From Bugula neritina (Eukaryota; Animalia; Bryozoa): DNA of 64,000 nt. Below the pieces are notes generated by a model, which saw only the letters and a list, made by a program, of their open reading frames with translations, was not told where the DNA came from and ran no database searches. Shown here piece after piece: positions 1-9,178 of the stretch (positions within the stretch are counted from its first letter, which is position 1; each line of letters opens with the position of its first letter). The DNA lies in the NCBI GenBank assembly GCA_964035545.1, contig OZ037766.1, positions 14,622,722 through 14,686,721 on the forward strand, in the 5' to 3' direction. A program made the position numbers and the translations under genes.

Positions 1-1
1 C

Positions 2-1189
2 CGAGTCGGTTAATTTATAAGTAGTCGGATTAGTATATAATATTTTACTTATAGTAAACACTTCCTCCGTCCATCTAACGGTATAACCTTTTTCAAACGT
101 TCGTTTTTTACGAGGTATACGCACTCTATCACCTATAGTAAATTTAGGTTTAGAAGGCGCTGGTAAGTTTGGATATAATTTTACGCGTACTTTATTTTCA
201 TTAGAAGGATTACTAGCTTCAATCGGTGTCATTCCAATAGACGAATGTTTAGTCTCGTTATACCGTTTTACTAAATCTTTTAGTACGTCTATATATTTAT
301 AAGTATTATTCGCCGAAAAATATTTAAACATTCGCTCTTTCATTGTTCTATTCCACCTCTCTACTACGCTAGACTTTTCTTCATTTTCCGTAGAATATAA
401 TTCTATTAAGGACTTTACGTCTTTATTATAAAACTCTTTTCCCTTGTCAACCCATAAACGTTGCGGCTTACGATGAGTAAAAATAGTTTTTAAAGCTAAA
501 GCCGTCGCTTTACCAGTCTTATTTTTTAAAGGTACTATCCAACCGTATTTTGAAAACACGTCTATTACCGTTAATAAATATTTATAACCGTTATTAAATT
601 TAGCGAATTCAGTCATATCAACCAAGTCGGCCGCCCAAATATTATCAATACCCGATACCCAAACTCGTCTTTTACGAAATTTTTTTTGTACGGGTTTATG
701 TAATTCTTCGGCTAACTCGTTCGTCCATCCCCATCCTAAACGCTTTTTCGCTCCTATTATTGCTGAAGCAAAACGACTGTGTCGCTGTTCGGAGGGCGTA
801 GGATTAGGTATAGCTTTCAGTTCGTCTAGCATATTTTTATCACATATTTCGTTTCTAGTTTTAGTATCTTTATTAAGCGCGTAACATACGTCGTGTCTCA
901 TGGCTATAGCGTCGTCTCGATCTACCGGTTTACTCCATTCTTTAGGAGTCATGTCGTCATTTAAACGTTTATTTAATTTAGTACCGGGTCCTAAAAAATT
1001 ATGACCGGGGTAATGCAATTCAAAGGGTAAATTGTTTATTAAATTATTCGCTAAACCCGACCCAACAAATGTAGTTTTTTTACATCCGCATTGACCGCAA
1101 TTACCGTAACCCATTAGTCTATTATTTTTACTTACTCTCTTTTCGTAATTGAGAGTTTTCGTTTTAATTTTACACTTACAACAATACAT
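2..1189 (-). CDS. Zn-ribbon + parvovirus-type phospholipase A2 (PLA2X) + retroviral-type (rve) integrase fusion; 3'-partial, >=396 aa
   Basis: Manual translation from the ATG at 1189 is open to the window edge: MYCCKCK...NCGQCGCKK (Zn ribbon); ELHYPGHNFLGPGT...DAIAMRHDVCY (PLA2 Ca-loop and HDxxY); WAADLVDM...LTVIDVFSKY...LWVDKGKEF...VVERWNRTMK (DDE core); KFTIGDRVRI...FEKGYTVRWTEEVF (Polinton integrase C-terminal motif). Absent from the ORF track, probably because the stop codon is off-window. Confidence 0.93.
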   Translation of the reverse strand, partial: MYCCKCKIKTKTLNYEKRVSKNNRLMGYGNCGQCGCKKTTFVGSGLANNLINNLPFELHYPGHNFLGPGTKLNKRLNDDMTPKEWSKPVDRDDAIAMRHDVCYALNKDTKTRNEICDKNMLDELKAIPNPTPSEQRHSRFASAIIGAKKRLGWGWTNELAEELHKPVQKKFRKRRVWVSGIDNIWAADLVDMTEFAKFNNGYKYLLTVIDVFSKYGWIVPLKNKTGKATALALKTIFTHRKPQRLWVDKGKEFYNKDVKSLIELYSTENEEKSSVVERWNRTMKERMFKYFSANNTYKYIDVLKDLVKRYNETKHSSIGMTPIEASNPSNENKVRVKLYPNLPAPSKPKFTIGDRVRIPRKKRTFEKGYTVRWTEEVFTISKILYTNPTTYKLTDS

Positions 1190-1204
1190 TTATTATAATA
1201 AATG
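1187..1204. promoter_or_regulatory. Perfect 18-bp palindrome CATTTATTATAATAAATG containing both start codons; putative bidirectional TAAATG promoter/initiator
   Basis: The sequence is its own reverse complement. It gives ATAATAAATG before the ATPase ATG (+) and before the integrase ATG (-). The third ORF also starts TAATAAATG (1958-1966). Confidence 0.7.
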
Positions 1205-1960
1205 GAAATAGAAAATCTTTCGTGGAAAAACGAAATTAATCGTAATAATAATCCTTTACTTCCTAAAAGCATAAGAGGTCTTATCGTTGGAAAGTCTGGA
1301 TGCGGTAAAACTACGTTACTTTGTAACTTACTATTACAACCTAATTGGCTCGATTACGATAAACTTATGATTTACGGTAAAAGTCTTTCTCAACCCGAAT
1401 ATATAAATATGAGGAAGGCTTTCGAACGTAAATTAACTAAAGAAGAAATTTTAAATTTTTTTAAAAATAACGAAGCGATAGTAAATTCGGGTATAAACGT
1501 AACTCGTGTTTTAAAAAATAGTAGGGGTAACGGTAACATAGACGCTGAATTTATAGAATCTAGTGACGACGTTTATGACCCTAGCGAATTAGACGCTAGT
1601 AATAAAAATTTAATAATATTCGATGATTTAATGTTGGAAAAACAAAAAACTTGCGAAAGTTATTACGTAAGAGGACGACATAATAACGTCGATTGCTTTT
1701 ATTTGTCGCAAAATTATTTTAAGCTGCCTAGAAATACTATTCGAGAAAACGCTAATTTTATTTGCTTATTTCCTCAAGACGGAAAAAACTTAAATCATAT
1801 ATATCAAGATCACATAAACGGAGATTTAACGTTAAACGAATTTAAAAACTTTTGTTATAAAGGATGGCAAAAACCTCACGGCTTTATTACTTTAGATCTT
1901 TCTTCCTCAAAAAATAATGGGAGGTATAGACACGGATTAGACGAATTTTATATACCGTAA
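1202..1960 (+). CDS. DNA packaging ATPase (poxvirus A32 / FtsK-HerA type) of Polinton
   Basis: Walker A GKSGCGKT, Walker B LIIFDD, RGRH arginine-finger motif and LSQNYF..PR.IREN. Intact 252-aa ORF. Confidence 0.93.
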   Translation: MEIENLSWKNEINRNNNPLLPKSIRGLIVGKSGCGKTTLLCNLLLQPNWLDYDKLMIYGKSLSQPEYINMRKAFERKLTKEEILNFFKNNEAIVNSGINVTRVLKNSRGNGNIDAEFIESSDDVYDPSELDASNKNLIIFDDLMLEKQKTCESYYVRGRHNNVDCFYLSQNYFKLPRNTIRENANFICLFPQDGKNLNHIYQDHINGDLTLNEFKNFCYKGWQKPHGFITLDLSSSKNNGRYRHGLDEFYIP

Positions 1961-1963
1961 TAA

Positions 1964-2740
1964 ATGAGTGTTTATAAATTCGGAGGAAGCGGAAAAACGG
2001 AAATAAATACGAAAAGATTCGTTTTAATAAACGGTAGTAGTACTCTTACGGGTACGCTAGATATGGGAGAAAATAAAATATCTAGAGTTATTGATCCGGC
2101 TGACGATCAAGACGCGGCTACAAAAAAATACGTTGATAATACGAGTATGCCTAAAATACAAAACCCTATTAACCAGTTAACTATATCAACTGATGATGGA
2201 CGCGTTATAGATAGTAATTTAAAAGTTGATGACGTCGTTACAAAAACTAATGTATCTAATTATGCAATACCTCTTATACAAGAGCCAACTGAAAAATTAA
2301 CCGTATCAACTAATACGGGTAATATTGCGGATAGTAGTTTAAGCGTTAGCGATGTTATTACGACTAGTAATATAAATAATTTTGCTATAAATAAAATACA
2401 ACCCGCGAATGAAAAATTAACCGTTTCAACTACTTCGGGTAATGTTGCGGATAGTAACTTAAGCGTTAGCGATGTCGTTACGACTAGTAATATAAATAAT
2501 TTTGCTATGAATAAAATACAACCGTCAATCGGAGGTAAATTATTAATGCTTTCGAGTGATGGTAATATTGTAGAAACGGGTATAAATATTTCAGATCTTA
2601 TTACAATAAATAATATAAATAATTACGCTATTCCTAAATTACAAGGAGCAGTTGGTAATAAATTAGTTATATCAACGAATGATGGAGGTATAACCGAATC
2701 TACTGAATCTTTACCAACATTTCCAAGTTATAACGTTTAA
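1964..2740 (+). CDS. Putative virion fibre/spike-like protein with five ~40-aa repeats
   Basis: N-terminal GTLDMGENKI...P...QDAATKKYVD motif of the kind seen in viral fibre proteins. It is followed by five 40-41-aa S/T/N-rich repeats (xxKIQxxxxKLxxSTxxGxIxDSxLxVxDVxTxxNINNxA), with a 120-bp DNA period visible at ~2280-2520. Confidence 0.6.
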   Translation: MSVYKFGGSGKTEINTKRFVLINGSSTLTGTLDMGENKISRVIDPADDQDAATKKYVDNTSMPKIQNPINQLTISTDDGRVIDSNLKVDDVVTKTNVSNYAIPLIQEPTEKLTVSTNTGNIADSSLSVSDVITTSNINNFAINKIQPANEKLTVSTTSGNVADSNLSVSDVVTTSNINNFAMNKIQPSIGGKLLMLSSDGNIVETGINISDLITINNINNYAIPKLQGAVGNKLVISTNDGGITESTESLPTFPSYNV

Positions 2741-2774
2741 ACACTAAATTATTATATTCTTAACATATAATAAT

Positions 2775-3180
2775 TTATTATCTTACTAATAGTATCGTAT
2801 TGTGAGCTAGAACCATCCACCCTAAAAATATTTTTTTCTTATTTTTAAAAAAATATTTTTCTAAATAAAATTTATAATATTACACTACTTTTTTATAATA
2901 TTACACTACTTTTTTATAATATTACTAATAGAATAGTAGCAGGTGGATGCGTCCTGGATCGCTCTTCTGACACTGGCGAGTCGAAGCTCTTATTATCTTA
3001 CTAATAGTATCGTATTGTGAGCCAGGACCATCCACCCTAAAAAAATTTTTTTAAATAAAATTTATAATATTACACTACTTTTTTATAATATTACACTATT
3101 TTTTTTATAATATTACTAATAGAGTAGTAGGAGGTGGATGCGTCCTGGCTCACTCTTCTGACACTGGCGAGTCGAAGACT
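2775..3180. repeat. Subterminal imperfect tandem duplication (~215 and ~190 bp units) with internal 21-bp repeats
   Basis: TTATTATCTTACTAATAGTATCGTATTGTGAGC begins at 2775 and at 2990. Each unit holds TATAATATTACACTACTTTTT repeats and ends GGTGGATGCGTCCTGG...CTCTTCTGACACTGGCGAGTCGAAG. Confidence 0.9.
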
Positions 3181-3226
3181 CGACGGTGGAAGAAGAGTGA
3201 GCCAGGACCATCCACCTCCTACTACT
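3123..3226. repeat. Terminal inverted-repeat hairpin of the Polinton end (36-bp stem, structured 31-nt loop)
   Basis: AGTAGTAGGAGGTGGATG(C)GTCCTGGCTCACTCTTCT (3123-3159) pairs with AGAAGAGTGAGCCAGGACCATCCACCTCCTACTACT (3191-3226) with one bulged base. Confidence 0.9.
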
Positions 3227-3293
3227 TATAAACCTATACCTGCGTCATTACATCGGGTCCTCGCTAATTAATGACTATCTTCTGCAATATTGA

Positions 3294-3629
<336 letters not shown>

Positions 3630-3752
3630 TAACAGACAACTGATCTATATTCAAATAGCCAGAAAACCAAGAGTTCTCACTAACCGGACGGTACGAGGGC
3701 GTCCAATGCCGCCCTCATTGCTGTGGAAAAGCTGGCTGCAAAATCTTTACTA

Positions 3753-3902
<150 letters not shown>

Positions 3903-4791
3903 CTAACATACTATTATACAGAGTGTAACTATTATATAATATACTGCGTTTTGAGTTTATACATTATGATAAATTAATACTGAGCAACACTGAGCTGAAA
4001 TAGACCAGAATAGTTATAGTGGGGGTGCCAACATGCAAAAATGGGCGGGTGGAGCACATCAATACTAACCTTTGTTGCTATATATCACTGCAAAGCCAAC
4101 ATTCTACTGATCTCAGATCTGCGAGTACCTTTTTGTATCTGGGGGGGGGGTACTCTCGTGAGAGGGGTGGATATACAGGGGTTCAGCATTTTTCAAGGGG
4201 GGTGGGGACTATGGAACTCTAAATATTTAATTTTCTGAGTAGTTTAAGTTTGACATTAAAAATTTATATTTTCAAGGAATGTTTTACACATATGAAACTT
4301 TCTCTAACAAAAGTTTTGACCAAAAATAAAAAAGTGGGCGGAGCCTATAATATGACAAACTACTTTTTTGCATATACCTGATATTTTCTAAACTGCTACT
4401 TTTCTGTTCTAGCATTTAGAATGTTGATTTTTGGTATGAAAATACTCTATTGTGTTTTAATAATGCTCTCCAGTTTTCATTACATTCTGAACTACATAAC
4501 TTCTTTCCCAACCATAACAAATAAAAAACATAAAACAGGAGTTATCTCCTCCGTTATAAATTATTGCATTTCTACCCAATAATATTGCTCTTTGTTGATA
4601 GGAACAACATCAGCATAATAAAAAATTATTCTTAGTGTATTTATATTAGCTTATTGGCTTATTTTGAATAATTGATTACAATCAATACTATTAATATTCA
4701 ACATTTACTGTATAAATTGAGTGTCAGCAATAATTAACAGACCACTAATATTCGAATTTTTTATCCATAAGTATAGTAACTGTAAAATAAT

Positions 4792-4862
4792 TGCCCCCAC
4801 TGAAAATCGAACCCGAGTCTTCTGGCTTGCAAGCAAGTGTGCTACCATTACACCACGGAGGC
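4792..4862 (-). tRNA. Degenerate tRNA-like sequence (pseudo-tRNA or SINE head; anticodon uncertain, GCA/TGC)
   Basis: GCCTCCG TG GTGT AATGGTA GCAC A CTTGC TTGCAAG CCAGA AGAC TCGGG TTCGATT TTCAG TGGGGGC A. A box, B box, acceptor and D stems are recognisable; anticodon and T stems are mismatched. Confidence 0.6.
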
Positions 4863-5060
4863 CACTGGGTAAATTCAACACTACAGCAACATAAAATATG
4901 GTTCATAAAAAAGTAATATGATTTCAACATCACAAGCAATTACTATGCTCTTTTATATCAGATATTGGTAGACAATTTTAATTGTATTTATTTATAAATA
5001 AGATGGTATTTAAATTTTAATTTACAATAGATCAAGCTTTAATACAAAGTTTTGTTATCT

Positions 5061-8000
5061 CTAGCGTTTATATACCAAAATGAATATATTATAATTCTTC
5101 ATCAGAACTGTCTTTGTTGCCATCATCATCATAATCAGGCTCTTTGTTTGAAAAAATGACTGGCCACTTTTGTTGTTGCAATCGAAACATTCACGTAAAC
5201 CACAGCATTTCATCATCAAGCGCTTGCATTTGCATGCTTTACTCTTACAGCCTGCTTTTTTGCATTTACATGCTGTTAAAATCACATCTGCATTGCCCTC
5301 AAAATCATATTTTATTGAAGTCAAGTTAGTATTCCAACCATGGTCAAAAATTGGCTGATGAAGTAAAATAGGTGGTAAAGCAAGCTGCCAAAGTGTAACT
5401 TGATAGTTGGCTTATTTCACGTGATATTTTAGGGAATTCCTGTTAGGTGGTAGCTGTGCTTCACTGGAGACATTTTTTAAAGCCAATATTTTATATCTTT
5501 CTTCACACTCTAAGTATGTTTTATCTGATAATGAGGACCAATCATCAGAACCTAAAGACAGATTATAGCTTCCCTTTTCAAGTACCTCCAAAGCACGCTT
5601 TTTAGATATTCGGAAGATAGAACTCACCGAGTCACAACCTGTAAGTGCATGGAGAGATAACAGATTCTTGAGAATTTTTTGTGGAATTTTTTTGGCTAAT
5701 TCAGAAAGAGATATATGTCTTTTGTGACTCCCCATTCCAACAAAGATTACTACATCTTTTTTAGCCTGCTCAGTTAAAACATTACTAAGATGATGAAGCG
5801 CAATAATAGCAACATCGGTATCTACTGATCTTATTACTACCAAATCGTAATCACTCAGTGCATCAGCTGCGTGAAGGATTAATCTCGTGTCTGCTTCATC
5901 ATGATTGGATTTCAATTTGTTACAATTGTAACGATAGTGGTTTTGCAGAACACAGACTTCTTTGGCGCTGCACACTAAAAATGTACCAGCTGGAATTTTC
6001 TCAATATGTCTACTCCACACCGCCACTATGTAATCTACCAACTCATTTTTGTTGTGAATATTGCTCAGAAAAGCACTCCAGTTTTTAGGAACAGGCACGT
6101 TGTCATGAATAATGGAAATAAAGCACATCTGTTGGGCACCCCGTCTAATACGCTCTTGTGCTTTAATTGATGTTTCAGAATACACGTCAAACACTACATC
6201 AACCCTTGTATATCCTTTGCCACCTTCGAGAAATATTTCCAACATCTTCAGAGCGTAGTTATAAAAAGCGCCTGATGTTTTTGTCGAGTGAAGTATGCAC
6301 ATACCATCGAAAATGATCGATTTATTGGTGGACAGTTGACTATCATCATTGGAGACCCTGTTTCCAAGATATTTCTGTTCCAAAATATGCATTAGTCGCA
6401 ATTTGCATGCTTCTCATCTGTCCGTTTTCAGTAAATAGAGCAAGAGGAATGGGACCAATCTCTTTCTCTAGAACTGTATGCAAATCTACTTCTCGGCTTT
6501 TGGCACTTATGAGAAGTTTAGCAAATGATATTTTAGGAACTTTTGGTTTAATGGCCCGTTGAAATGATTTAGCCACAAAGTCAAAGGAAGGGATTTTAAG
6601 CCGGTGAATAGCAGTGTAAAATGGTATTATTGCATTCAAAAGTCTATCTTGAATAAACTCTTGAGCCATTTCTGTTCCCTGAGCCATAGCAGTCACTATT
6701 GACAAGGAGGTCTCCGCATCGGGACTTACTCCAGTAGCAATATTGATAAGTTCAGTTGAATTATTGTAAAACAACTTAACATCAAACTGCTGTAATGTAA
6801 AAAGAATTGCTTTAATATCAATCTCATCCTTCATAGTTGTAATGATTGTGTCTTCCTTAAGTAGTGTTGATGATTGTGAGGCTATTTGGCAACAATCCTT
6901 TTGCAAAGAAAGCAGTTGGGCTCTGATATGACTAGTTAAGAACTATTTTTTTCGAGCTTCTTCGTGGTTGCTAATGCCAATAATACCTCCAAAAATGTTT
7001 TACTGTCTTGGTTCAAAGTTTGCTCCAAGACCTGATCTGGAGCCATACCTGCAATTTTTTTTTCCTGTCCTGTTTACGGTGAATGAACCCTTTGCAAACA
7101 TTCCATAAACTTCTGAAACAGATTCAGGCAAATTTAGCATATCAATATAGGCAGCCACCTTGAGTAGTTTGTGCGATCATACGCAAAAAATACTGGTAGC
7201 ATTGCCTGCATACTGTCCAAATATAATTGCCAGTTGCCACTACGCTCAGCTCAAATAAATCCCAACATGGCTTCTACTGCATGAAGGTAAGAACTCCAGA
7301 ACATTGACAGGTTAAATTTTAATTTAGTATCAGAATCAAACTTTTTTATAGCAGTAGCAACTTTATCTGCAACAGTGGTCCATTCACGTAAGTTATCATC
7401 AATAGAAATATTGAGAATCTAATGGGTCAAACTGATCATTTTCTTGAAGCCACTCCGAAAGAGATTTTAGTTTCTGCTTTGATATTGCCTCATACAAAAT
7501 CTTGTGTGCCCGTACACCTCTGTTATAATGCTTACCACATAGCACTTGTTTCACTGTAACTTCAGAATATGTATCACTGTGCACAAGAACTTGGGCGAGG
7601 CCGTTTGATTTTAACCATTGTGCCAAGTGCTGCCATGTAATTCATCAAGATATTATTATTGTGTTTGAAAATTTAGTTGGTTTGTTCTATTGAATCTCTT
7701 TGGCAATCTTGTAGATAGCTTGGTCAAACGTAATTACTGAATGTTTCTGCTTTAAAACTTCCATAGTTTTCTTTAGCTGCAGAAGAATTGTATAAATTGT
7801 TGATGGATCTGTTGATGGTGAATTAATCATTGGGCAATACCCAATGACTGATCTTTTATTATCTTCTGTGGCAACCAAATTTATTTCATTAAAGCTACTC
7901 CAGCTGGGGCAGTTATGTGTAGAAGGATTTATATCCAATTGAAATAGTTTGATTAGAGCAAGTCTTGCCAATAGCCATGTTGTATTTAGATTACATGAAT

Positions 8001-8135
8001 CCCCAAGTGACTTTTTCATATTCAGCAATGTCTCTTGACTAAGTTTTGTGATTGCCCTAAATTTTCAAAAAGCTGGGGGATCGATTTTTGGTTTTCTAAG
8101 TTCAATAAATTTGACTTCCTGTAGCTGTCTGTAAG
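5061..8135 (-). pseudogene. AcademX transposase/XPG nuclease pseudogene (multiple frameshifts and stops)
   Basis: ORF pieces 7687-8028, 7399-7626, 6346-6906, 5412-6401 and 5061-5324 are colinear parts of one protein. Confidence 0.82.
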
Positions 8136-8563
8136 AACAGTTGATCGTGGAGTTGTGATTCCATCAAATATTCAACCAGCATCACATGGCTTTATACAAG
8201 CAGCAGCATATAATGATTATTTTTTGGAAGATACGGTTGACGGAAAGGATACAACACATGGCACCACAATGATTTTGATTCAGGGAGGTTATATTGGCTC
8301 AAACTAGAAATAGATGAGTAGAAGAAAATATACCAAAACAGTAAAACTACGTGCAAGAGCTTAGAATCAGAGTGTCAATGTGAATATCAATATGAACATA
8401 ATGATAATATTGATTATGTAACATTGGAAAGCCAACAAATACGATAAATTATTGAATATAACTATTGAATATAACAACGATGATGCCTGAGGCTGATGGT
8501 GATTTAGTTATTTACTGATAACATTCACTTGAGGCTTCAAATTCATAATTGCATCGACGATAT

Positions 8564-8884
8564 TGTTATAATTTCTACAATTATATTGAGTATGGGGATT
8601 CGTGTATACTGTAATTATCCACGTTGCATTGTTGGACACCAGACAGGAAATCGAGATAGAAGAAGGTTTATTTATTATACTAAGTAGCGAATAAAAAAAG
8701 CACAAGTTTAATAACACACATATATAAAACTATCTTATCACAATCAACATCACGCTCTAACTGCTATATATCTGAGATTACTGTCCGGAAGCCTCTCTAC
8801 TTCGCCGGGGGTGGGGGGGTAATCACATGTTTTAACGATGATTGGTTAGTGAGCACGCGGCCTTACGCTTCACTGCCCACTACA
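8564..8884 (-). repeat. 3' LTR of Gypsy element (321 bp)
   Basis: Minus strand begins TGTAGTGG right after the purine tract GGAGTGGGCGA (8885-8895) and ends GAAATTATAACA. Confidence 0.75.
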
Positions 8885-9178
8885 TCGCCCACTCCAGCAG
8901 GGAGCCTACTTTCTGCTAAAAAAACAGAGTGGGAGGGAAGTGTAGGATAAAAGTACACAAATATATATATATAAAAAAACAAGAGTGATACCACTAACAT
9001 AAAAAAAATATACACACATAAAAATTTTACCAAAATATACACAATTTATCTTTTAGTTCTATTTACAAAATAATTCTTCGCAGCACCGGTAGAGCACCAG
9101 GGGGGAGGGGATGGGAATGGATGAGATATGATCTGGAACCGGGAGATTGTACAGAGACAGAGATAGAGGGAATATCCA

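Larger units (their letters stand above)
1..3226. mobile_element. Polinton/Maverick (adintovirus-like endogenous virus), one end; continues off the left of the window
   Basis: Tightly packed intron-less ORFs for an rve integrase and an A32-like packaging ATPase. AT-rich but CpG-retaining composition. Ends in CTACTACT at 3226, the reverse complement of the Polinton AGTAGT terminus, after which the sequence changes to host-like DNA. The TSD cannot be checked because the other end is outside the window. Confidence 0.93.
4001..8307 (-). mobile_element. Decayed AcademX DNA transposon (Academ transposase + XPG nuclease + Cys-rich C-terminus), 5'-truncated
   Basis: Fragmented minus-strand ORFs with VITFDQAIYKIAKEIQ, GKHYNRGVRAHK, IIFDGMCILH, VVFDVY, HDEADTRLILHA, SVDTDV, LTGCDSVS and a C-terminal CKCKK..CKSK.CKC..KC. 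Candidate TAG-starting terminus at 4001; the partner TIR was not found, so the boundary is tentative. Confidence 0.8.

Noticed and set aside
3123-3226. Independent 104-bp MITE insertion
   Set aside because: No TSD (TAATAG versus TATAAA), and its left arm is part of the subterminal tandem unit.
4792-4862. Functional tRNA gene
   Set aside because: The anticodon and T stems do not pair properly; kept only as tRNA-like.
5412-6401. Host XPG/FEN1 repair gene or Tesmin CXC gene
   Set aside because: Intron-less, frameshifted and fused to Academ transposase motifs.
8276-8300. BEL 5' LTR remnant (TGATTCA matches the 3' LTR start at 21073)
   Set aside because: Only 7 bp match, and they are equally explained as the ILIQ codons of the inverted Academ segment.
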